Shown here piece after piece: positions 51,616 through 64,000 of a stretch of 64,000 bases of DNA; position 1 is the first letter of the stretch, and each line of letters starts with the position of its first letter. The notes beneath the pieces are model-generated. The model ran no database searches and was not told the DNA's origin. It saw only the letters and a list, made by a program, of their open reading frames with translations. The stretch covers positions 310,001 to 374,000 of the forward strand of contig MU058654.1 of NCBI GenBank assembly GCA_013265495.1. The letters are read 5' to 3'. The translations under genes were made by a program, and so were the position numbers. The DNA is from Vicugna vicugna (Eukaryota).

Positions 51616-54195
51616 TAGCCCCCATCTGACTGGGTTACAAGGAAGTTCTGCCGCTATTCAGGCCACGTTCCCTCTCCCAGATTCACTCCAGGATTCATGG
51701 AACTTACTTGGCTCTGTGGAAAGAGAAGAAAAATCTCTCATCTTTAAAGCTGTGGTGAGCACAACTGATCTCGTCATGGCCAAAGCCTGCAAGGTGTCTT
51801 GCAATTCACCTCTACCTGCCTGCTTTCATGTGTGGACCTCAGAGTGGTCACCAGGCAGGCAACTCCAGTGTCCAGTCAGACACTGCCCTCATCCTTGTCT
51901 GAGCCCCATCTCCTTCTAAAGGGCTACCACCGAGCAATCCAAGGGTCTCAACTGCTCCAGCACCAGACAACGTGAATCCCCACCAGCCTGGGAACCGTCC
52001 TCCCTCCTCTGTCTGGGATACTGAGCACTGTGGCTTTGACGACATGGCTTCTCTCTGCCCTGCCTCTCTTGAAACAAGAACATACCTGCCCTGGCTGCCC
52101 GCCTGGAAGAGGGGGAGAGAGAGAGGAAGGACATGTACTTGTCTCAAGTATCCTGCCGTATTACTTGGATTATCATGTAAAAGTCACACTCAGAAGCACA
52201 GAATGGTATGTTGTATGGAGTTGAAAATGTTTAAAAGTATTTATTGTCCCTTAAGAAGGAAGAAGGTGTATGGGAAAGCTTGAAATATTTTGCTTTGAAA
52301 GAAAATTTTTAACTATTGTAGCAGAAGAGGTCATGCACTGGCCTTCCCAAGCTTCTTCGCAGTAGACCAGGTCTCCCCTCGCTCACAGTGAACCCCAAAG
52401 CTTTTACACCCTGCACCTGTATTGTTCTAAGTTCCTTTTTATCTTTGGCCTATTCACAAGTATTGTCACTTCAATACCACTAAGAGCTGTTCCATAAACA
52501 ATTCTTTGGGCAGAATTCTGCGTTGGAGCAAGAAGACCGTACACCATGGAATCAGGCCTATTCCGAAGTATTCAGAAATTACTCAACCATTGGCCAACAC
52601 ACTCTTACCCCATTTTCTCAATAATGTAAAAAAGTCAAAACATCCTCCACCCTGCTCAATCTTAGAAGCCCCTCCTCTCCTCGTGCCTCCTCAACCAAAA
52701 CCCAAACTCAGATGTTATTGTTTCTTTTCATTTCCTACTTTTTAAAGCACTCTGCAAGAAAGGGCAAGTGCACACAGTCTCTTTCTCAAAGGGTTGAAAT
52801 GATATTTTAAAGGGCAGTTTAGCCAATTATTATGTTAGAGTACATTCTTCCTTGAAGAAATATCAGTCTTGTAGAGAATTTCTTCTGAGAAATGCAAGCA
52901 TGAAGGGAGATTTTTCTTCAACCTTGAAAGTTTCAAATCATGTTAAAATAAAGAGGGGACGTGTGGTTGGTGAATCAAGAGTTACTAGTCTTGGTTTGCT
53001 CACATGAATTTGACAAACGTGGACTTTTCCACAGGCAGATACTTCATTCAGATATGATCGGGTCTGAGCCTCAAAGCCAGGCTTCCACAGTTAACTCCTT
53101 GTAAACTAGTTTAGGACTCTCATTTGACCAGCTGAGAATGACAATTCAGAAATAACAATGTTCAGGCTTTGACCAGAGGGATTGTATTTTTTGAAGCATG
53201 CATCATTTTTCATAAAAGATCAGAAATGGACCTGAAAGTTAGCATGATGATATGCTAATTTCATAATAAGTAAGGCAAGTCCTGTCTGGTTGTTGTGCCA
53301 ACACATGCCCTAGGCATCACCTTTCTCACACACATGTGCCCACCGGCAGAGTCCATCCTTCAACCTTATTTTATTTTATTTTTTTAATTTGCAGCTCACT
53401 AGTTTTAAACTGGCTAAAAGGAGCCCCCAAATTATATTTCGAAACAACAGAGAAAAAGTCTTCAGGCTACTTAAAGCTCGTGAGAATAATACATTACTAG
53501 ATATTTTAAAGAATAACTGAAACAAATGTACTAGAGCCAGACTTCCTACTTTTTCATAATGGGATGGACTAAATTACCCATTATATAAGAATCACACATA
53601 AAAGCCTTTCTCCACAGCAAGTGATGGATCAAAGGAAGGGAAGATGAGTGGTCTACAGGCACGAACCACACCTCCCGAATTCTGAGACCAGAAGTGAGCA
53701 GTCTGCATTTTAACTACCTCTTCTTGACATGAAACAGTATTCATGTGTCTCCCACTGAGGAAAGTCAGGTAGGCTCAGCTACAAAGATTTCTCTTCCGTC
53801 CTTCCCCCTCCCTTCTCCATTCCATCGGAAGGATGACAGGTCCCTGACTGGGCTCAGGTGAATCTAATTTAAAATCTGGACTTGGTGAACCCCTCCCATC
53901 TGAGCCTTGCAGGGAGGGCATCTGTCAGCATCACAGCGTGGGTCCCTGGCATATTTACGGTTTCAATGATGGGCTGCTCATCCCCACCGCAGCTGCGCTT
54001 GCTCCCTCGCCCCACCCCCATCTGCATGAAAACTACCCAACCAGATATTCTGACTTCCAGTGACAGATGAAAGCATGCTCTTGTCATCTCACTGCCCTTG
54101 CCCCTCTCTTTCAGAGTATTGGGGGGGCCATGAAAGTGTCATTCTAACCATCACCTTGCCGCTCTGCTACCAGTTTATCCATATTCTAAAGAAGC

Positions 54196-54780
54196 CATTC
54201 ATTCAGTCCCTCACTCTTTCAACAGACATTATCAAGGGTCTCCCAAGGCCCTGTCATTGAAACACAGCCACACGCACATCAGCCTGATCCATGACCTCAT
54301 GGAGTTCACTTTTCTCGCACTTGCCATATGAGTAGCTTTCTGACCTATTAGAAACCTCTGTGCCTATTAATTTCCTAGAAATGAGTGGGAAATGACAGCT
54401 AAGTCTATGCTAAGAATTTTTTTTTGCAGAGATTCCCAAGGGCTAAAAGTAAAAGAGGGCAACCCAGCAGGACTTTCCCAGGATACGCTCATCACCCCCG
54501 AAATGGGGAGACGTAGGGGAACTAGCAAAGCCTCCAGACTAGGAGTCAAGAGAAGCATTAGACACATTAACTGTTGGGTCCTTCTCCATCAGGCCCACTT
54601 ATGTGCCAGAAATGCCCACAACTCTGGGCACAGGGAGACAATCCAGTCAACCAGGCTCCAGCTCTCAGGGCGCTGACAGTCTAGGTAGTACTGGCGAAGG
54701 GTGTGAGAACCAAGAAACAATAAACAGATCCACAGATGAAATATTTGCAGGTAAAATTAATTTGGTTAAAATAAGGAAGA
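54196..54780 (-). mobile_element. Two antisense L2 3' fragments (about 54196-54312, 54570-54780)
   Basis: cattcattcag...tgacctcatggagttcac; cccacttatgtgccag...gctctcagggcgctgacagtctag. Confidence 0.6.
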
Positions 54781-54784
54781 TAGG

Positions 54785-54890
54785 GAAGGAAATCTGGGAC
54801 CTAAGCCCAGCCCTTCACATCCTCTGGCCTCTGTGTCCTTATCTGTAAAATGGGTACGATTCTGGAAAATCTTCAAGGCCCCTTCCCCTA
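54785..54890 (+). mobile_element. MIR3-like fragment
   Basis: ctctggcctctgtgtccttatctgtaaaatggg...tcttcaaggccccttcc. Confidence 0.6.
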
Positions 54891-55024
54891 CACCTGAACC
54901 ACCTAGCCTAGTCAGTGTCAACCGTCTAAATCTACCTGCCTACGTCCTTTCTGCATCTTCTCAGAACACTCCAATCCGTCCATGTGCTTGACCACTCATG
55001 ACCAGTGAGGAACATACAAACAAT

Positions 55025-55250
55025 TGCTCACATTCCTGAGGCACTCACAAGTTACAAAGAGCTTTCAGAGATACTACCTCATTGAATCACATCATCTTTA
55101 CACACTGAGGACCAGGTTAGATGTTCTCCCTCTTTTATGGATAAAACCTTTCAAGACTCAGAAAGTGAAATCATTTGATAAAGATCTGAGAAGAAATAAG
55201 CAATTCAACTGAATTTAAATCCAGGCTTTCTAACACTAAATTCCCTAGCT
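55025..55250 (-). mobile_element. MIR (MIRc-like)
   Basis: agttacaaagagctttca...ctcagaaagtgaaatcatttg...tttaaatccaggctttctaac. Confidence 0.6.
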
Positions 55251-56713
55251 GTACAGATTACCCATTAGGAAATAAGTGTACAAGGAAAGGACTGAGAAAG
55301 AGAGGACGAAGGAAGCAAGACCCCTGGTGGTTAACAGAAGGCAGCCCATGGGGGACAGTGAGTGTCATCAACACAGAGCTGAATTTGGGACAAATGCAGG
55401 AGAGACAAGGTACCCGGGAGCTGCCACCCGGCCCAGCACTCCAGCAAACGGGCCTGGACAATTCTACCCCTACCTGCAACGTCCCGCCCCTTCACTGGCT
55501 CTGTGGCCCGTGGACTCTTTCTCCAGCTCCTGTCTGTGAACCAACAAAGCGCCCCATGCAGTAGGGTGCTGTTTAGAGAGACAAAGATACTGTTCACCAG
55601 CAAGTTTAAGAAAACTCTGCAGAGCATCACACAGACTGGAAGCGAACCGGAAGTGAAACCCAATGTGAAACTGAACCTTCTGGTCATCAGAGTGTGACTT
55701 CCTGTCCAGCTACTTCCATTAAAGCTAAATGTCCAGCTCTTCCGACCTCTTCTGGGCAGGGCACTCTGAGAAATCACGTTCACGTGCAGAGAGCCGGGGA
55801 GACCCAGGTGAGCCTGGATTCTATCTCATCCGCAGTTTGCTTCCCGCAGCAGGATAAACCCAAACTAAAGTCCTCTGGAAATTATCGAGCCGGTTCTTTT
55901 TCTTACCCCTGAGCCAGGTTCAGAGATGTGAGATTATCACAAGGGCTTCTACGGTATTCACAAACCAGCAGACGCTGCTCATTAGGCTTTATTAATGAAT
56001 AAAAGAGAAAGTGAGAATATGTATAAATGAAAAGCAATTAAAGGTTACATCTTAATAATGTAGCTGACTATTAGATATCACACAAAAGATGTAGTTTTTT
56101 GCTTTGTTTCAGTTGAATTGGGTTTATTTCAGTATTTCTTCTGTACCCACCGGGTGGGTCACTTTGATTTCACAGTATCACATCTTCCTCATTGTCATTG
56201 TCATCAATGTTATCCTTACATACACCTTGGGAGTTTAGTCTCATTCCCTGCATTTTACAGAGGAGGTCTGTGGTTACCTCCCGAGGTTCTCAGAGCTGCC
56301 CTAAGTGCTGAGCGAGAGTGTAGCTCTGTCTTCCTGCAAAGCCTGCACCCTTCAGAGCAGCATCTCTCTGTGCTTAGCCAACGTACAGCAAAGCAGGAAA
56401 TGGCCTCTGTGCAGGGACTTGAAAAGCACCAATAACCACCCTTGCCCTCACTCCATCAAAACTATTTTTCATACCAGGCTGTGAATTTGACTTAAATCTT
56501 GAAGAGCTTGATCAAAAAGGAAATTCTTGCGGAGGGGAATGGGCCTCTTAACTATTGTTATCTTTTATTCACCTTTGATCCTAAAGGGCCAGGTTACTGT
56601 CAGCCCACTCTGAGAAGCCTGACTACAAAGGCAGGGTCATGTGTGGGGGTTTCAGGGAGAATGCCTCCAGAAAAAGAAAGTTCTGGAAAAAGTGAGGTCA
56701 GCAGGTGAGGTAG

Positions 56714-57640
56714 CTCACGAACAACTATTGTTCCAATGAGCCACGCATCTCGGGGCTGGTTCCCATATGGGGTCCCCTTGCAAACTGAATCTAGCCTTGA
56801 CCTGTGATGTGCAGTAACCAGAAGAATGGGGCAAAGGCCATCCTGGGCCAGTTCTGGGTCTAATAAAGCCAGAAAGTTCCCACTTCCTCCTCCAGCATCT
56901 TGCTTTTGGGAGTTGTGGTGGGTTAAATGATGCCTCTCTAAAAAGTTGTCCATGTCCTAAGCCCCAGAACCTCTGAATATAACTTAACTTGAAAAAAAAA
57001 GAAAAAAGAGTTCTTATAAATGGAATTCAGTTAAAGATCTTGAAATAGGATCATATGGTGAGCCCTGAATCCAATGACAATGTCTTTATAAGAGAAGGGC
57101 AGGGGGAAGATTTGAGACACAGAGGAGGAAAAGTCCATGTGGGGAAAGAAGCAGAGATTGGAGTGATGCTGTCAGCAGTGGATGAACATCTGAAACCCAT
57201 CAGATCCTAGAAGGGGCTTCTCCAGGATTCTCCCCTCGAGCCTCTGGATCGGAAGGATGGGCCCTGCTTACACCTTGAGTCCAACTTCTGGATTCCAGAA
57301 CTGTGAGAGAATAAATTTCTGTAATTTTAAGCCATCTTGTGTGTAGAAATATGTTATGGCAGCCCCAAGAAGCTAGAACAGGAGTCCTGAGGGTTCACAT
57401 AAAAAGTGCATCTGTCTGATTGGGAAAACCACGTGGGAAGGAAAGGCTGTGAGACGACACAGCTTGCTGGCCCGGGCTCCATGACCCTAGCCCTGGTTGC
57501 TGAGTGACTACAGTCCTACAAGAGGCCACTAGCAAGGTCAGCAGAAGCTCACTGAGCCATGGGAGATAATTAAGTAATTGCTATTTTAAGCTACTAAGTT
57601 TGAGGGGGTGTTTTATGTAGCAACAGATCACTGAAAAGAT
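56714..57640 (+). mobile_element. MLT1G/H-like LTR split by a younger MLT1C-like LTR
   Basis: tgaatctagccttgacctgtga...gccagttctgggtcta (left) continues into cctgag...aagtaattgctattttaagctactaagtttgagggg...tagcaacagatcactgaaa (right). Confidence 0.7.
56914..57380 (+). mobile_element. Complete MLT1C-like solo LTR with perfect 5-bp TSD
   Basis: TG...CA termini; GGAGT at 56909-56913 and 57381-57385; gcagagattggagtgatgc and ccagaactgtgagagaataaatttctg motifs. Confidence 0.92.
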
Positions 57641-57948
57641 ACCAGGGGCATGTCAAACAGAGAGAGGTCTGGGGCCCCTGAGCACTAAAAATAAAGCATC
57701 ACAATGGAAGGAGGAACGTTGTCAGAGAATGAGGGTGAAGAAAATCACGTTGACCAGCATGTCACCATCCTAACCTGGCCTGGGAAATAGAAACCGATCA
57801 GTCTCCGGTACTCACACATTGAGACCCCAGCCAGAGTGAACAGAAAAGAGGTGTCTGTCCAGGTTTGGAATTGAAAAGGCAATAGTAACTTCAGGATGCA
57901 GGTGATGAAAACAGGCCATAGGAAAAGTGAGTGCAAGGTGATGTCACG

Positions 57949-58433
57949 TGTGTTAGCTTCCTACTGCCACTGGAACAGACTACCACCGACTTAGTGGCTT
58001 AAGTCAACACTGAAGTATTACCATTCTGGAGGTCAGAAGTCTGAAATGAGTCTCACAGGATTAAAATTAAGATGTTGGCAAGGCCGATCTCTCTGTAGGC
58101 TTAGAGTCTCCATTTCCTTGCCTTTTCCAGCTTCTAGATGCCACCTACACTCCTTGGCTTGTGGCCTCTTCTCCACCTTCAAAGGCCATCACTCCAACCA
58201 CTGGTTTTGCCTTTCCATCTTCTCTCTCTAACTCTGATCCTCCTGCCTCCCTCTTATCAGGGCCCTTGTGACTACAACACACCCACCTGGACAATCCACA
58301 ATGATCTTCCCATCTCAAGGTCCCTAATTTAATTACACTTACAAGTCCCTTTTTGCTACATAAGTAACAGATTCACAGATGGCAGGGATTCGAGGGTGGG
58401 CATCTTCAGGGGATCATCATTCACCCTACTACA
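57949..58433 (-). mobile_element. Complete MLT1D-like solo LTR, antisense
   Basis: TG...CA termini; cttagtggcttaa...ttctggaggtcagaagtctgaaatgagtctcac...ttgccttttccagcttctaga...cccatctcaagg. Confidence 0.88.
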
Positions 58434-58444
58434 CCACCTTATAT

Positions 58445-58645
58445 CAAGTGAGCACTGATCAGGTGTTAAGTATTGAGCTCTTTTCTATCTTAGTCCTCTC
58501 AACAGCCCTATGAAAGAAGTATAAAACTGAGGCTCAGCAAAGTGAGAATCTATCCAGGGTTACACAGCCTTGAAGAGGTTGGGGCAGGATTCCTAGTGGC
58601 ATGTGTAAGCCCAGAACCTGGGCCCTCACTCTCTGCATGCCCTGC
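58445..58645 (-). mobile_element. MIR SINE
   Basis: tcctctcaacagccctatga...aaactgaggctcag...ccagggttacacagc. Confidence 0.75.
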
Positions 58646-58780
58646 CCCTGTGTGCGACACTCCCCAAACACCAGGAGTAGAATCACCATCAGCCAGTCCA
58701 GTTCTAAGGTCGCCATCGTACAGATAACCCAGAGAGGTCAAGTGACCTGGTGCTCCAGCAAGAAGCAAACAAGGCCAGTT

Positions 58781-59020
58781 TCATTCAGTCATTTGACAAA
58801 TATTTACTAAGGTCCTACTAAGTGCCAGACACGGGGGCTTCCACAATGAATGAAACAGAGACCTCGCGTTCCAGTAGGGGAGACATAACGTGTAGTTAAA
58901 CAATGCGAATTTGTATTGTCAGCCATGGATGAGTGTTGTGAGAAATATATAAAGCTGGGCAAGGGAGTGACTGGGGTGATTTCAGAGGGAGTGATAAGGG
59001 CCTTTCTGATGAAGTGAAAT
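58781..59020 (-). mobile_element. L2 3' end, antisense
   Basis: tcattcagtcatttgacaaatatttactaaggtcctactaagtgccagacac...ttccagtaggggagaca...ggcctttctgatgaagtga. Confidence 0.8.
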
Positions 59021-60469
59021 CGGAGCAGGGATCAAATCCCAGCTCCAATGAGCAAAACCCAAGCTTCTTCCCTCTAAGAAACAAAATAGAAAAGGGGAAA
59101 AAAAAAGGAAAAATCTCTCTCTGGAGGAGTATTAATACTGAAGTACATGCATTTGGATTAAACAGACACGGTGGTAACTGCGTACAATTACATCTCAGTC
59201 AGGACTGCTTGGTTGGAGTTCGTCACAATAGTCAAGGGATGGACGCCACATCATTGCACCGGGGAGCAGAGCTCTGCTACCACGCAGTGAAACATCATGT
59301 GTGTTTTTCTATTTGTGCAGAACAGACATCATATAAAATGCTATTTCTTTCACTGTAAAGTGCTTAATTAGTTCCCACCAGGTTCCCAGCTGTGCAAGAG
59401 ACTTCAAGTGGGATTAAAATACCACATAAGAGACAGCCCCAGCCCAAATGAGGAGCAAAGCTGGTTGTGTCCCAGAAGCTGCCATAAGTTCTGAGTTGCC
59501 TGCACTTGGAGGGTCTTGAGAGAGAAGGTGGAACTTGAGCTCTAAAGTGGCTACATTATAGATCCAAGAGTCAAAGGAAAAGGGGGAATGAGGAGTGGTT
59601 TCCAAGCGGAAACACTTCAGAAATGATCCATTGTGTTTTGGGAAGAGAAAGGAGGTCAGTCTGGCCATCCCAGGCACTTAATGATGGACTAACAGGTGGG
59701 CTCCCCTTGTGCGGAGCCTCTGGTGGCATCAGATTAGGCATGGTGGTGTGATAAGAGCAAAGTTCTTCAAAGAGCAATCTAGAAAGAGAACTGATGGAAA
59801 GGAGAAAAACATTAAAACCTGAAGAACCACTTAGAGACCAGAGCTCCAATGGAAACTGGAAGAAGAGGCTATGGACGTGACATATTTTAAAGGAAGCTTG
59901 GTGTCTTCATAGCAGATCCACAAGGCTGGGAAGGTCTGTGTCTTCCAGATTCCTCTTTCTTGCATAGTTCTGTTTTTGATAGAACACAGAGGAGATTTGG
60001 AGCAGGTTTGGAGGGTGCAAAGGAAGCAATAGACATTTTGTAGCTGATCTGCTGATTTGCTTCCTTTTGTGTGAAGTAGCACCTGGGTCTCAAATCACTC
60101 CACCTTTCCCTAGATCTTCCCTCAACTTCTCCAACATCCAGACCAGTTTCTGTAGGACACTCATGTCACCAAAGTCAGAGGCAGTAAAAACTGACACAAG
60201 CTTCATTTCATCTTCATAGATTCCAGCTTTCTCTATTGCTCTGCACTTAACATCCGTCTTACCTTTTCTACTGCGTGCCCTGTGGGCTGGAAACTCTAGC
60301 ATCAGGAAGAGCACAGCAGTCTTACAGAACATGCTCACCAGCTCCCCAATTACAGAGCATCAAATCGTGCTAACAACGCATACATACATGCAGCGGTTCT
60401 GCCTTTCTAGCTTGACCCCTGCTGATACAGAAAGCCAATGAGATAAGATATCGTGGCTTATTAATAATC

Positions 60470-60690
60470 ATAATCAATAATAGTAAAACCAATAGCTGAC
60501 ATCTGTTGGAGCATTTCCTATTTTTTCCAGTGCTATGCAAGATATTTTGCATAATCTCACCATTTCTTGCAATAACACTAGAAATGGCTCCTGCCATCCA
60601 CAGTTTTCAGCTGGAGATCATCTTAGTAGTTCATAAATCTAGAATGTTGCAATGCTCAATTCAAAGCTATATTCATCTAACTCTAGGGGA
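60470..60690 (-). mobile_element. MIR SINE
   Basis: aatagctgacatctgttggagcatttcctattttttccagtgctatgcaag...catctaactc. Confidence 0.6.
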
Positions 60691-61043
60691 TTGGTCAGCA
60701 CTAATACGTTCTGTCTCTACCAGAGCAGAGAGGAAGGACTAACGCCCTAGTATAGAGTCCAGTGCTGGAAGAATCTTGGTGCCGTGGGCAGAGATGCGAC
60801 ACACCAAGAAAAAGGCTTAGTGAAGCACTGGGTGAAGGGAGGAAAAAGGATGAACGGAGGTGAAGATTCTTGAGGACATCTTGAAGTTGAGATGATGAGA
60901 AATTTTTAAGGGTTTCATACTAATTTCCAGAAATTGTGTATTTATTTTGTTTCATGAAGAATGTTTGGTTAGTTTTGGCTTTGTAAGTAGGTATCCTAGT
61001 CTCATAAACAGTCAGATGAGAAATCACATTGGAAAATTGTCAA

Positions 61044-61225
61044 ATGAAATAGATCAACAAGTTTCTACTGCAGAGCACAGGGAACTATATTCAATATCTT
61101 GTAGTAACCTACAATGAAAAAGAATATGAAAAGGAATATATGTATGTATGTGGATGACTGAAACATGATGCGGTACACCAGACATGGATGCAACGTTATA
61201 AACTGACAATATACATCAATTTTAA
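61044..61225 (+). mobile_element. Young L1 3' end (variant 3'UTR) with TSD
   Basis: gcacagggaactatattcaatatcttgtagtaaccta...gactgaaacatgatgcggtacaccag; TSD AAAATTGTCAA 61033-61043 / AAAAATGTCAA 61226-61236 (1 mismatch). Confidence 0.9.
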
Positions 61226-63799
61226 AAAAATGTCAAGTCTTTCCCTGGTGGGAAAGAAAAAAAAAATCTTCCTTAAGCAACCAAGGCTTCTAAGTAGCTG
61301 GTGGAAGAACGAACCCAGTAGTACTAGGGCAAGATTTTATGCCTGGGGGGTGGGGAGGAGAGAGCAATTCTGGGGGCAGAAAAGGACCAAAGGCAGCGCA
61401 GCCAGCCTGTAAACTCTGGGTAACCTGATTTGAAACCAGAAACCAGACAGGATCCAGGAGCTGGAAGTCACTTGATGGCCAGGTGACATGCCTTATAAAG
61501 CAAGAGGCCAAGAGGCCAGACCATGGGAAATGAAGTGGGCTAGTGGCAGGTCAAGGAGCAGGAGGAGTAGTAAAAGTTGAGTGATTTCTTGTGTGATTAA
61601 GGGTTTATTTGGTGTTATCTGGAGTTAGAGGGATATATGATAGCGGAACCCAGTTTCTAGGACTCTGCATCTGCCTCTCCCCGTTTGATAGAATAAAGCA
61701 CAAAGTGAGTTGTATGCGGAGATTATTATTTTAACCTTTTGATCTCCACCCTCCAAAAAGTGAAAAGCCTCCATTTCCAGTCACTTTCTGAAACACATGG
61801 TAAAATTTGGAGAACTGTGTTTTCTAAATCATCTTGGAGAGATACGGGTGAGGGATAGGCATTGCTGCCTTCGTACAAGTGAAGTCATTTACCGCTGACA
61901 CGTTCCCAAGTAAAGTTCCATCTTTTTATAAAGTCTAAGTTCAAAGTCTTCCTTCATGCTCTAATTCTCCCTTTTTCATAAGCGCAGCCATTTATTTCCA
62001 ATAATCACAATCATGCACACACACTCAGAATCAACACATTTTCCCTCGTTAGAACATGTTTTGATTGGTAATCTCATTAACATGAGAAATACACTTAGTT
62101 TAAAAACAGATAAATGTGGAAGAATGATTCCATACAGGAAGGCAGAGTAATTTTAGCTACATTTTCATACTGCAGTTAAGTTCAGCTGTGACCATCCCCC
62201 CGCCTCCCCTCCCAGCAACTGGAAATGGGTATAGTTATTACTTTTCAGTAGATTGGCAATTTTTCTGTGTTTTCAGATTTTTAACAAATGTAATCCAATT
62301 GAAAAGCCTTATTTCTGACCCTTTAAAATTTTAGCTGTACCTTTTTTTTAGATCATTAACTAAATTTTTGAATAGTTCATATTGGAATGTTAAAGTTTAT
62401 GCCAGGATTTCTAGATAGCCACAGATTTTTTTTTTTTAGCATCAAAGACAATATTCATAGACTTTAAAGTTTATTCTCACAACTCATTTACATACATAGC
62501 TAACTACAGGGATGGTGGGGCTATTTCCCCACTATCTTCCGAAATCAAGATTTGAAACTCTTTCAATTTCTTAGATTCCCAAAATCTTATGAACCAAAGT
62601 TTTTTTGTCTCCAAAACAACACCAACAGAAACTTGAGGACAGAAACCTTAGACAGTAATAAAATTCACAGTGGAATAGAAGCTAGTATTCTCTACTTCCG
62701 TGCAAAGGATGGCCTCAGGCTGAGCAAAGAAAACAAAACTGATACTTTAAAAAAAAAAAAATCTGAGTGCTTCTAATGCATTTGGGAGCAGGTGTCGAGG
62801 CAGCCAAACGGAACTCTGGGGTCACTGGAAAGGAATGTCAAAGCTGAGTTATTAAGTTTAAGCAGAAAATATGGCCTGAAAGCTTAGCTTCGAACAAATT
62901 AAGGATGTGCTGAGGAATGAGTGAAATATTTTCTCTCCGAGTCAGGGGGTTCGCAGGTTGGGAGCCAGCATCTGGGGCTGATTACATATGCTTTAGGTGA
63001 CAGGTGGCTTTAGGAAATGGAGCCCTAGTTGAGCTTTTAAAATATTTTCCCGGGAAGGGTAAATAATTTGATGCCTTGCTGGTTTCCCTTCTGTGGGCTG
63101 TTTGAAATACAAAAACACATCTTAAGCCACATCAAAGTTGTTTCATGTGCAGGCAAAGGCAGACGTCCTCAACTCTGACACTTGGCCACATCAGTTTCAC
63201 TTCCGGCAGTTTTGAAATCTGTTCTGTGCACGACTGGTGGAGATCAGTTACCAAACCCTATCATTCTATTTATAAAACTAATATTTATCGGTCGTTTTTT
63301 TAATACTTCATTTTCGTGAGACTGAAAACTTTTATTGCCCAATTAGTTCCTAGGGGCGGCCACAGATGTTGAGCCAGAGAAAATAACCTCAGCTTCAGCA
63401 CCAAATATTACATGATGAGGAATCATTCCAACTTCTACAAATAAAAGAAATGTTCTTTTGAGCGTTTGCCAAGTCAGCGGTCACTTTGCTGAGATCAAAG
63501 ATGGTGGATGATTTATTCATAAGCGTTTTCCCTTGCCTTTGTTTTTTTATTTTTCAACTGTTTTGTTGTTGCTATTTGTTTTATTTTTTATTTTTTTGCT
63601 TCTCCTTGCATTTTGTTCAAAACTGTATTTAGTTTGATGTTACGGACCAACCTAGAGGTCCCACTTTGCCCTGGAGGATGCATCTCAATTAAAGAGAGTT
63701 ACCCAGAACCTCTAACACTAAATACTGAATTCTAAATACTCATTCCAGATCTAGAAGTGTTGTATTATAAAGACACTATATTTGGTATTAAAATGTAAC

Positions 63800-63950
63800 T
63801 AAATCAATTTGATTATCTAAATTTTAACAATATACTATAAAACACATCACCCTGAAGTATACAACCCAGTATTATTTTTACTTACATTTGCACCCTGTAA
63901 CCACCACCATTCCATTCAAGGTAGAGGTTACTTCCAGCATCCTAAAAATG
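63800..63950 (-). mobile_element. Old L1 (L1MD/ME-like) 3' end, antisense
   Basis: ctgaagtatacaac...caccctgtaaccaccacc...tcaaggtagaggttacttccagcatcc. Confidence 0.6.
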
Positions 63951-64000
63951 AAGAGCCAAGAGTTTTTTAAACGTAATTTTTAACTGACATTTTCTTCTTA

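Noticed and set aside
55331..55783. 150-aa - strand ORF
   Set aside because: No domain similarity; length is within chance for six frames of 64 kb.
63394..63412. REST/RE1 site
   Set aside because: Only the left half TTCAGCACC is present; no GGACAG half.
1..64000. Assignment of a host or neighbouring gene
   Set aside because: No exon I can recognise, so any gene name would be a guess. A BLAT search of 5-12 kb against human would settle it.

Overview
Mammalian genomic DNA, almost certainly camelid (alpaca/llama/camel), judged from two tRNA-Ala-derived vic-1-type SINEs and cetartiodactyl-type young L1 3' ends. It reads as intergenic or deep-intronic. I find no protein-coding gene, tRNA, rRNA or CRISPR. 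The listed ORFs are short and unrecognisable except decayed L1 ORF2 fragments near 29.5-30.3 kb. Much of the window is transposon fossils: four young L1 3' ends, two long old L1s at 26.7-32.7 kb, L1ME/L2/MIR relics and several MLT1 (ERVL-MaLR) LTRs, some nested. All repeat family names come from recalled consensus sequences, so subfamilies and boundaries are approximate. A nearly repeat-free, CpG-retaining, motif-dense block at about 4.5-14.3 kb looks like a developmental cis-regulatory domain, but I cannot name its target gene. The best leads are that block, two candidate spliced + strand transcript fragments (2.6-3.3 kb and 46.0-46.6 kb, the latter with a 34-codon spliced smORF), an AT-rich 38-bp inverted repeat inside an L2 tail, paired ETS-IRF elements and an inverted SINE pair. 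None is evidence of a new biological system without conservation or expression data.
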